Made by a program: the position numbers and the translations under genes
Source: an uncultured Rickettsiales bacterium
GTDB taxonomy: Bacteria; Pseudomonadota; Alphaproteobacteria; Rickettsiales; UBA6187
Reading direction: 5' to 3'
DNA length: 44,191 nt
Assembly (NCBI GenBank): GCA_964616845.1
Contig: CAZTUN010000002.1
Location: forward strand, 1-44,191
Shown: in pieces, positions 20,391-28,821 of the stretch
Position numbering within the stretch: the first letter of the stretch is position 1
How the letters are laid out: every line of letters starts with the position of its first letter
Notes under the pieces: generated by a model
The model's database searches: none
What the model was told of the DNA's origin: nothing
What the model saw: only the letters and a program-made list of their open reading frames with translations

Positions 20391-21713
20391 TTATTTGCCT
20401 ATGCAAAAATTGGCAAATAACCTATCTAGAACGTCTTCTACGCCAATTTTTCCTGTAATTTTTCCTAATGCAACTGAGGCTATTCTCAGATTTTCCGCAC
20501 ATATTTCTATAGGTTGGGCGAGATCAAAGCTATTTAAACTATTAAGAGCTTCTTGTAATAATAGCCTATATCTTGTTCTAGTAATAACTGGATCATTCCC
20601 TATATTTAATGATTCTTTAGCAAAATTAACAAGCTTTTGAAGCAATTCATCTACGCCATTTCCTGTTTTTGCAGAGATAATTATAGGGTTATATTTTTTA
20701 ATATCTTCTAAACCTACGCTAGTTAAATCGCCTTTATTTACAATAATAATGGTTTTATTATTAATAAATGGCTCAATTTCGTGACTAATTATCAATTCTG
20801 TTGCATCTAAAACCAATAAAATAAGATCGGACTCCTTAGCACAAGCCAAAGCTTTATTGACTCCTTCTATTTCTATTTTATCTTCTGTTTCTCTAATTCC
20901 TGCTGTATCTGCAATAACAAATGGATATCCTAATATATTAAGGTTAATTTCAATTATATCTCTTGTTGTGCCAGGAATATCAGAAACTATTGCTGCATTA
21001 CGCTTTGCTAAAAAATTTATAAGGGTTGATTTTCCAACATTTGGAGAGCCAATTATAGAAACTCTGATGCCTCTTTTTAAGATTTCACCTTTGTTATTGT
21101 CTTGCAAATGAGCACTTATCGTGTTTCTAAGTGCAAATATATTATTTTCTATCATTTCTACTATATTTTGAGGAATATCTTCATCTGGAAAGTCTACGTA
21201 AGCTTCGACTTGTGCCATTATTTCTATTAATTGGCTTCGCCAAGACTCGTATAGATTTTTTAATCCTCCCTGCATTTGTCTTAATGCTTGTTTTGCTTGC
21301 AACTCTGTTTCAGCATCTATTAAATCTGCCAAACCTTCGGCCTCAGTTAGATCCATTTTTCCATTTAAGAAAGCAAGCTTTGAGAATTCTCCTGGCTGGG
21401 CAAATCTTAATCCCTCAATATCCGATAAAATATTTAGCATTGTGTATACTACAGCAGGACTTCCATGAAGATGAAATTCTATAACATCTTCTCCTGTAAA
21501 GCTATGAGGAGCTGGAAACCATAAAACCAAACCTCGGTCTATTATCTCATTTGTTTTTGGATCAAAGAAATCTGTTAGTATCGCTTTTCTTGCTAATATA
21601 TTGTTTTTTCTTGTAATAAGTTTTAAAACTTTCAATGATTCGTCCCCTGAGACTCTAATTGCAGAGATAGCAGATTTTGCCGTAGGAACAAGTTGTGCAA
21701 AAATTGTTGACAT
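20391..21713 (-). CDS. mnmE: tRNA modification GTPase MnmE (TrmE)
   Basis: G1 motif GSPNVGKSTL, G3 motif DTAGIR, and the invariant C-terminal FCIGK. Confidence 0.95.
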   Translation of the reverse strand: MSTIFAQLVPTAKSAISAIRVSGDESLKVLKLITRKNNILARKAILTDFFDPKTNEIIDRGLVLWFPAPHSFTGEDVIEFHLHGSPAVVYTMLNILSDIEGLRFAQPGEFSKLAFLNGKMDLTEAEGLADLIDAETELQAKQALRQMQGGLKNLYESWRSQLIEIMAQVEAYVDFPDEDIPQNIVEMIENNIFALRNTISAHLQDNNKGEILKRGIRVSIIGSPNVGKSTLINFLAKRNAAIVSDIPGTTRDIIEINLNILGYPFVIADTAGIRETEDKIEIEGVNKALACAKESDLILLVLDATELIISHEIEPFINNKTIIIVNKGDLTSVGLEDIKKYNPIIISAKTGNGVDELLQKLVNFAKESLNIGNDPVITRTRYRLLLQEALNSLNSFDLAQPIEICAENLRIASVALGKITGKIGVEDVLDRLFANFCIGK

Positions 21714-21855
21714 TTTATTAGCTTTTTTAGAATTTTTTAATACACATATAGTAAATTAGCTGCTATATCCATAGCAAACTGTAATAAGCCTAATAATATT
21801 TAGTTATGACTATATTTAAATCTTAACTATTATTGCAAGCCTAAAGAGGAATAAT

Positions 21856-24800
21856 ATGCCTACCCTTTATCTAAAAGCAAATAGCCAAATTGTTGAAAAT
21901 GCTGTTAATTACGTAACAAAACAATTCTCCGCAAAAGAGCGCAAAAACGTAGAAACTTTCATTCGCTGCTTTTTTGAATTTAATCCTGCAAGTTTTCTGC
22001 AAACATTTTCTACGGAAGAACTTGGAGCTTTTGTTAAAGAATCATATTTATTCTTAAAAAAAAGGAAGCGTGGCTCTCAACAAGTTCGCATATATAATCC
22101 TTCCTTAGAAAAAAATGGTTTTGCTAAAGAATACACCGTTATCGAAATGATCAACGATGATATGCCCTTTTTGGTTGATTCTATTAGTGAAGAATTAAAT
22201 CGTCATGGCTTGGCAATTCATTATTTAACCCACCCTGTAATAGACGTTACTCGAGATAAATCTGGAGAAATTATATCCCTTGATAGGGCTTCTCGTGATG
22301 AGAAAAGCAAGAACGCAGAGTCGTTGATACATTTTCAGATTAGTTATATTGCCGAAGAAAAACAACGCATTTCATTAAAAGATGATCTTTTGCATATCTT
22401 AAAATGTGTAAAATGTATTGTTGATGATTGGCAAAAAATGTTATCTCATATCACGCCTCTTCAAGATTACTTAACTAATGTTCAAGATTTTAATCCTAAA
22501 AAGAATAAATCTTTTGACGATGATGTCGCCGAGGTTCAGCAATTTGTGAGTTGGTTAACTAACGGAAATTTTATTTTTCTTGGTACTGCAAAAGAAACGC
22601 TTAAAGGCTCTAAGTTTTCTATCGATAAAGATGCAAAGTTTGGACTATTTGCAACGCAGGAGATATGGATTCCTAACTTAAGTAAGTCGAATGGCACTAT
22701 AGATTCAATTTTAGATACAGTGCATATAACAAAATCTAGTGAGAAATCTCCTGTACACCGCTCCGCGCATATGGATCTTATTAGTATCCAAATTGTTGAT
22801 AAAAAAGGCAAGCCAGTTGAAATATTACATATTCTTGGTTTATTTACTTCTATAGTTTACTACCAAAGTGCTCAAAGGATTCCTTTGCTTCGTCATAAAA
22901 TAAATCTGATTCGTAAAAAATCTGGTTTTCCTGCGTCAGGTCATAGTGGTAAGGCTCTTATCGCAATTTTAGAAGATTTTCCGCGTGATGAATTATTTCA
23001 ATCTCCTATTGATGAAATATTTGAAACTGCACTTGGTATAGTCACTTTAACTACTACACCAAAAGTAAAATTATTCGTTCGTAGAGATGAATCTGAACGT
23101 TTTATAAGTTGTTTAGTCTTTATTCCTCGCGACCGCATGAGTACGGCTCTTCGTAAAAAAATAGAAAATATACTTGCTACCGAATTGAATGGAACTATTT
23201 CAAATCATTATACCCAAATAAGCGATTCTAACTTAGCAAGATTGCAAATTATAGTAAAAACCGTACCTGGCAAAATAGCTAATTACGATCTTCAATCTAT
23301 AGAAAAAAGAATAGAATCCGTATCTAAAATATGGAATGATGACTTATTCAACTTCCTTGTAAAAAAACTCGGTGAAAAAGATGGTATTTCTGTTTACGGT
23401 CGCTATAAAGACTCCTTCTCATTGAGTTATACTAACCGCTTCTCTTCACAAGATGCCTACTATGATATTTTAAAGATTGATGAGATTTTACAGAGCGGTA
23501 AAATAGCCTTTGATCTATATGAAGCTACTCAAGAAACTGACAAAAATGCTTTTCATCTAAAGATCTATAATCCTAAGGTTCAAATATCCTTGTCTAAAAT
23601 AATGCCTATTCTTGATAATTTAGGAGCTACAGTTATTGACGAACATACTTATCAGGTTTCTCCAAAAGGAGAAAAAGATAGTATATGGATTCATAGATTT
23701 AGATTTGTAATTGCCTCTAGTCGTCCTAATTTAAAAGATATAAAAGACAATTTTGAGCAAGCTTTATCGCAAATATGGTCAGAAAAAGTTCAAAATGACA
23801 AGATAAATGAATTAATTATTTTAGCCAATATTAATTGTCGTCAAGCAGTATTGTTAAGAACCTATATAAAATATCTACAACAAATAAGGTTCTCGTATAG
23901 TCAAATTTATGTACAAGAGGCTTTAGCGTGTCACCCTCGCACTGTAAAACTATTAGTCCAATTATTTTATACTAAATTTGATCCTGAATTTAAAGGAAAT
24001 CGACAAAATGAAGTAAAGAAGATTTCTGGCGAAATAGAAAAAATTCTAGGAACTGTTTCAAATTTAGCTGAAGATCGAGTAATAAGAGCATTGCTTGAGG
24101 TAATTAATGCTACATGGCGAACAAATTTCTTCCAAAAAACTCTAGATAATGATTTTAAAGAATATATTTCTATAAAAATAAATTCTGCCTCAATTTCATT
24201 TATGCCTAAACCTAAGCCTTATACAGAAATCTACGTATATTCCCCTAGAGTTTCAGGTATCCATTTGCGTGGAGGAAAAGTTGCTCGCGGAGGATTACGC
24301 TGGTCAGACCGTCGTGAAGATTTTAGAACCGAGGTTCTAGGATTAATGAAAGCACAAATGACTAAAAATGCTGTAATAATTCCTGTTGGCTCTAAAGGAG
24401 GGTTTGTTGTAAAGAAAGTACCGTCGGATGCTGGACGTGATGCCCTTTTAAAAGAAGGCATAGAGTGCTATAAAATCTTCTTACGTGGATTACTTGATAT
24501 AACTGATAATCTGGTGGGTGGAAAAATAAAACCTCCTGTAGATGTTGTCCGCTATGATTTAGATGACCCATATTTAGTTGTTGCTGCGGATAAAGGAACT
24601 GCCACTTTTTCTGACATAGCAAATTCTGTTGCCGCTGAATATAACTTCTGGTTAGGAGATGCTTTTGCTTCTGGTGGTTCTGTCGGTTACGACCATAAGA
24701 AAATGGGGATAACTGCTCGTGGAGCTTGGATATCAGTAGAACGTCATTTTAAAGATATCGGCATAGATACTTCTAAAGATAATTTTACTGCTGTTGGGAT

Positions 24801-26676
24801 TGGAGATATGTCTGGTGACGTATTTGGTAATGGATTGCTTCGTTCAGAACATACTAAATTAGTTGCGGCATTTAACCATATGCATATTTTTATTGATCCA
24901 AATCCAGATGCTAAAAAAAGCTTTGCTGAAAGACTTCGCTTATTTAACTTACCTCGTTCTACTTGGAATGATTATGACAAAAAACTAATTTCCAAAGGCG
25001 GAGGCGTTTTTGAAAGAAATGCTAAAAGCATTTCTATTTCAAAAGAGGCTCAAAAATTACTTGATGTGTCTAAACCTATATTTACACCAGATGAACTAAT
25101 TCAAGCAATATTAAAAGCTCCTATTGATTTATTATGGAATGGGGGTATTGGAACTTATGTTAAGGCAAAAACTGAATCTAACGAGTCTGTTGGAGATAAG
25201 ACTAATGACGCTTTACGAGTTAATGGTGAAGAATTACGCTTCAAAGTTGTAGGCGAAGGAGGAAATTTAGGTTTTACCCAATTAGGTCGAATTGAATATG
25301 CAGAAAAAGGTGGAAGATTAAACACTGATGCTGTTGATAATTCAGCTGGGGTTGACTGCTCAGATCACGAAGTAAATATAAAGATTGCTTTAAATAGTGC
25401 TGTTTCTGCTAAAAAATTTAGCTTGGCAGAACGCAATACTTTGTTAGAGCAAATGACCGATGAAGTGGCAGAATTGGTTTTATCTGATAATAAATTACAA
25501 ACCCAATTTATTTCTATAGCCCGTCATCAAGCCAACGACATAATTGAAGGACATGCTCGCGCAATAGACTCTTTAGAAGAAGAAGGCTTGTTAGATAGAA
25601 AAATTGAATTCCTTCCTAGTAAAGAGGAAATATTACGTCGTCACGCACAAGGAAAAGGACTTACTCGTCCTGAAATTAGCGTACTTATGGCTTATAGCAA
25701 AATATCCTTATTTGACGCTCTGCTAAAAAGTAAATTGCCTGATGATTCTCACTATCTACAAGATCTTGAAAGTTATTTTCCTAAAAAAATGCGTATAAAA
25801 TTTGCCAAAGAGATCCACAACCATCCTCTTCGCCGTGAAATAATAGCTACTTCTATTGCCAATAGTGTAATAAATAGAATTGGTATAAAAATGTACTTCC
25901 TATTAAAAGAAAGTACAGGTATGGAGGCATGTGATATAGCTAGAGCCTATACAGCAGTTCGCGATTGCTATAATCTAAAAGAGATTTGGGATAATATAGA
26001 ATCTTTAAATAATGAAGTTCCATCAAAAGTACAAATTGACTTATTCTTAGCAGTTAGAGATTTAATAGAAGTTGCTATATTTTGGCTCTTAAATCACTTT
26101 AAGAATTTGGGAACATTGAGTGATTTAGTTGGAGAGTTACGTAGTGATTTACAAAAATTAACTACCCTACTCCCTAGTGTATTATCTCCAGTTAATAAGA
26201 AAGCTTATGAAGCAACTCTTCAATATTATAAAGCAAATAAAGTACCAGATTCTCTGGCTAAATCTGTGTCTTCTTTGCAATTTATGGTTTCTGGTTTAAA
26301 TATTGTACAAGAGGCTAAAAAGAATAAATTAGATATTGAAACTGTAGCGAAAATTTATTTCCAAGTTAGTGATGAATTACAACTTCATTGGCTAAATGAA
26401 CAATTAAATAATTCTACTACTTCTTCTTATTGGCAACAAACTTCTATAAAGACTTTGATTGACGATATATTTACTCAACAAAAACGAATAACTTCTAGCA
26501 TATTAAAAGCTAGTAAGTCTAAAAAAGGTAAAGCTGACTTAAAATTATGGTTGCAAGATAATCATAAGCAAGTTGGTCGCTATTTAAAATTTATTAGTGA
26601 TCTAAAAGCCAGTGACCAATTAGACTTTGCTATGATACTGGTTGCCGTTGGAAAGCTAAAAGAAATAGCAGATTAG
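21856..26676 (+). CDS. gdhB: Large (about 180 kDa class) NAD-specific glutamate dehydrogenase
   Basis: 1606 aa. Central catalytic region with HLRGGKVARGGLRWSDR and a GDMSGDVFGNG dinucleotide-binding segment. AGAGGA RBS 8 nt upstream of the ATG. Confidence 0.9.
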   Translation: MPTLYLKANSQIVENAVNYVTKQFSAKERKNVETFIRCFFEFNPASFLQTFSTEELGAFVKESYLFLKKRKRGSQQVRIYNPSLEKNGFAKEYTVIEMINDDMPFLVDSISEELNRHGLAIHYLTHPVIDVTRDKSGEIISLDRASRDEKSKNAESLIHFQISYIAEEKQRISLKDDLLHILKCVKCIVDDWQKMLSHITPLQDYLTNVQDFNPKKNKSFDDDVAEVQQFVSWLTNGNFIFLGTAKETLKGSKFSIDKDAKFGLFATQEIWIPNLSKSNGTIDSILDTVHITKSSEKSPVHRSAHMDLISIQIVDKKGKPVEILHILGLFTSIVYYQSAQRIPLLRHKINLIRKKSGFPASGHSGKALIAILEDFPRDELFQSPIDEIFETALGIVTLTTTPKVKLFVRRDESERFISCLVFIPRDRMSTALRKKIENILATELNGTISNHYTQISDSNLARLQIIVKTVPGKIANYDLQSIEKRIESVSKIWNDDLFNFLVKKLGEKDGISVYGRYKDSFSLSYTNRFSSQDAYYDILKIDEILQSGKIAFDLYEATQETDKNAFHLKIYNPKVQISLSKIMPILDNLGATVIDEHTYQVSPKGEKDSIWIHRFRFVIASSRPNLKDIKDNFEQALSQIWSEKVQNDKINELIILANINCRQAVLLRTYIKYLQQIRFSYSQIYVQEALACHPRTVKLLVQLFYTKFDPEFKGNRQNEVKKISGEIEKILGTVSNLAEDRVIRALLEVINATWRTNFFQKTLDNDFKEYISIKINSASISFMPKPKPYTEIYVYSPRVSGIHLRGGKVARGGLRWSDRREDFRTEVLGLMKAQMTKNAVIIPVGSKGGFVVKKVPSDAGRDALLKEGIECYKIFLRGLLDITDNLVGGKIKPPVDVVRYDLDDPYLVVAADKGTATFSDIANSVAAEYNFWLGDAFASGGSVGYDHKKMGITARGAWISVERHFKDIGIDTSKDNFTAVGIGDMSGDVFGNGLLRSEHTKLVAAFNHMHIFIDPNPDAKKSFAERLRLFNLPRSTWNDYDKKLISKGGGVFERNAKSISISKEAQKLLDVSKPIFTPDELIQAILKAPIDLLWNGGIGTYVKAKTESNESVGDKTNDALRVNGEELRFKVVGEGGNLGFTQLGRIEYAEKGGRLNTDAVDNSAGVDCSDHEVNIKIALNSAVSAKKFSLAERNTLLEQMTDEVAELVLSDNKLQTQFISIARHQANDIIEGHARAIDSLEEEGLLDRKIEFLPSKEEILRRHAQGKGLTRPEISVLMAYSKISLFDALLKSKLPDDSHYLQDLESYFPKKMRIKFAKEIHNHPLRREIIATSIANSVINRIGIKMYFLLKESTGMEACDIARAYTAVRDCYNLKEIWDNIESLNNEVPSKVQIDLFLAVRDLIEVAIFWLLNHFKNLGTLSDLVGELRSDLQKLTTLLPSVLSPVNKKAYEATLQYYKANKVPDSLAKSVSSLQFMVSGLNIVQEAKKNKLDIETVAKIYFQVSDELQLHWLNEQLNNSTTSSYWQQTSIKTLIDDIFTQQKRITSSILKASKSKKGKADLKLWLQDNHKQVGRYLKFISDLKASDQLDFAMILVAVGKLKEIAD

Positions 26677-26697
26677 TTAGACAAAATCTAACTAATC
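26671..26697 (+). terminator. Perfect 11-bp stem, 5-nt loop hairpin overlapping the gdh stop codon. Possible terminator or stabiliser, but it has no U-tract.
   Basis: GATTAGTTAGA-CAAAA-TCTAACTAATC. The TAG stop is at 26674-26676, inside the 5' arm. Confidence 0.3.
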
Positions 26698-26740
26698 CCA
26701 TTAACAATTAAGGATTAATCCTAATCATCTACAACCCATT

Positions 26741-26781
26741 AGGCGGAAATAAATAATTTAGGCTTATATTAGCCGCCTTTT
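26741..26781 (+). terminator. Candidate rho-independent terminator downstream of gdh
   Basis: AGGCGG...CCGCCT stem followed by TTTT. The loop is long (26 nt, AT-rich, partly self-pairing), so the call is weak. Confidence 0.3.
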
Positions 26782-26860
26782 GCGTGGAGAGGTGTAACCT
26801 TTAAATACCTACAAATATACTCGCTGCTAGGTAAGGCGTGAACAGTTACCCTTATATCAA

Positions 26861-27122
26861 GTCGCTTGTGAAAAAGTCTCTTTTTGTTATCCATGAAAGA
26901 AAATCATGACTTCCGTTCCTCATTTACGATCAAGTAAACTGCGGTACGGCTTCATAATTTTCTTTCATGTATATTCAAAAATAGCCATTTTAACAAGCAT
27001 TCACCACAAAATCTTTTGCAAGCTTTTGTAGTTTAGTCTGCTGATTTCTGATAATTTATTTCCCATGAAAATATTATATAGCCTAATCTAAGAGTGGCTC
27101 GTAGCCTTTTTCACGGCAGACT
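26861..27122. mobile_element. MITE-like element, copy B (262 bp). It is copy A plus 164 extra internal bp and an 8-bp duplication.
   Basis: 26861-26898 is identical to 11883-11920, and 27063-27122 is identical to 11913-11972. Flanked by the direct repeat ATCAA (26856-26860 and 27123-27127), or TATCAA if the terminal T is counted. Confidence 0.7.
26899..27062. repeat. 164-bp internal segment specific to copy B, bracketed by the direct repeat CCATGAAA (26891-26898 and 27063-27070). Either a nested insertion, or the part deleted from copy A.
   Basis: Direct comparison of the two copies. The segment contains a long imperfect hairpin (26893-26910 against 26952-26969). Confidence 0.5.
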
Positions 27123-27170
27123 ATCAAGACCAAGCTGAGAACTAAGGTTATTTCCGAGATAGTAAATCAA

Positions 27171-28724
27171 CTAATGCTTAAAATGCCTAACCGAAGTGTG
27201 TACTATTGCTATTCCAAGGTCATTTGCAGCATCAATAACTTCCTGATCTCTAATTGATCCGCTCGGCTGAATAATAGCTTTTATTCCAGACTTAGCTGCT
27301 ATTTTTATTGAATCTGCAAATGGAAAGAAAGCGTCCGAAGCCAATACAGATCCATTTGCCTTATTTTCTGAGTCAATTATTGATTTTTCAAGTGCAATTT
27401 TTACTGAATCAACTCTGCTCATTTGCCCTGCCCCAATCCCAACTGTAGTACCATTTTTTGCTACAACTATTGCATTTGATTTTACATGCTTACAGATTTT
27501 GAAAGCAAATAATAGATCTGCCATTTGCTCCTCGCTTGGAGAAATTTTTGTTACTACCTTAAGATCTTCTGGCTTTATTACTACTGTATCAATTTCTTGT
27601 ATTAGCAAGCCACCTAAAACAGATTTTACGGATAATGGATTATTTGATGGATATGTAGTATTCGTAATTAAGATTCTTAGATTCTTTTTTTTCGCTAATA
27701 TTTGCTTTGCCTGCTCACAAATAGATGGAGCTATAATTGCTTCAACAAAAAGCGGGCTAATTTTTTCTGCTAGATCTTTAGTTATTTCTCTATTAAAGGC
27801 TAAAATACCTCCAAATGCACTAACTGGATCCGCCGCCAAAGCTTTGTCATAAGCTTGCTCTATAGTTTCTGCCATTGCCGCTCCACATGGATTAGCATGC
27901 TTAACTATAATTGCAGCAGGAACATTAAACTCCATAACCATCTGCAATGCACTATCTGCATCATTTATATTATTATAACTTAATTCTTTTCCCTGCAATT
28001 GTTGTGCGGCGGCAATTCCATATCTGGAGTCGGTAATATAAAAAGCTCCACGTTGATGAGGATTTTCTCCATATCTTAAAGTTTCTTTTAGCTGAGCTGT
28101 TAAATTAAATGTTCCTAAAAACGCATTAGGCGTTGTTTGGGAGTTAAACCAGTTGCTTATATAGGCATCATAGCTAGCTGTAAGAGAAAATGCTTTAGCA
28201 GCCATTCTAAACCTAAATTCTAAAGAGGTAGCCCCATTATGTTTCTTCATTTCTTCCATTAAATCCTGATAGTCCTCAGGATCACATATAACTGTTGTAT
28301 ATTCATAATTTTTAGCACTAGAGCGCAACATTGATGGTCCGCCAATGTCTATATTTTCAATAATATCTTCCTTTTTAGCCCCAGATTGTAATGTTTTTAA
28401 AAAAGGATAAAGATTAACTATTACCAAATCGATCGATTCTATATCGTTTTCTTTCATTTGTTTTAAGTGTTCTTGATCATCTAGTCTTGCTAATAGACCG
28501 CCATGAACTTTAGGATTAAGAGTCTTCACCCGACCAGACAAGATTTCTGGGAAGCCAGTGTATTTAGATATTTCTATAACATTTGCTCCTTGTTCAATCA
28601 ATTTCTGAGCGGTACCACCTGTTGAAATTATTTCAACATTATAGCTCTTTAGAAAGCTGGCTAAAATATCCAAATTTTGCTTATCCGACAAAGAAATTAA
28701 AGCACGTTTTATTGCAATATTCAT
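27171..28724 (-). CDS. purH: Bifunctional AICAR transformylase / IMP cyclohydrolase PurH
   Basis: 517 aa. N-terminal MGS-like domain KRALISLSDK, C-terminal AICARFT domain, and the IQPSGSIRD motif. Confidence 0.95.
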   Translation of the reverse strand: MNIAIKRALISLSDKQNLDILASFLKSYNVEIISTGGTAQKLIEQGANVIEISKYTGFPEILSGRVKTLNPKVHGGLLARLDDQEHLKQMKENDIESIDLVIVNLYPFLKTLQSGAKKEDIIENIDIGGPSMLRSSAKNYEYTTVICDPEDYQDLMEEMKKHNGATSLEFRFRMAAKAFSLTASYDAYISNWFNSQTTPNAFLGTFNLTAQLKETLRYGENPHQRGAFYITDSRYGIAAAQQLQGKELSYNNINDADSALQMVMEFNVPAAIIVKHANPCGAAMAETIEQAYDKALAADPVSAFGGILAFNREITKDLAEKISPLFVEAIIAPSICEQAKQILAKKKNLRILITNTTYPSNNPLSVKSVLGGLLIQEIDTVVIKPEDLKVVTKISPSEEQMADLLFAFKICKHVKSNAIVVAKNGTTVGIGAGQMSRVDSVKIALEKSIIDSENKANGSVLASDAFFPFADSIKIAAKSGIKAIIQPSGSIRDQEVIDAANDLGIAIVHTSVRHFKH

Positions 28725-28821
28725 AGCTCTTCCTATTTTTTATTATTACGCAAGAGCCGTCTACATACAGGGATTTATAAGATTTTTCCAGTTTTGTTTT
28801 GTAATTTTTAATAAACAATAG

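Noticed and set aside
26893-26969. Mini-ORFs in the element's internal segment: MKENHDFRSSFTIK on the + strand and MKENYEAVPQFT on the - strand
   Set aside because: Both are by-products of the inverted repeat (the ATGAAAGAAAAT arms). They have no RBS and are only 12-14 codons long.
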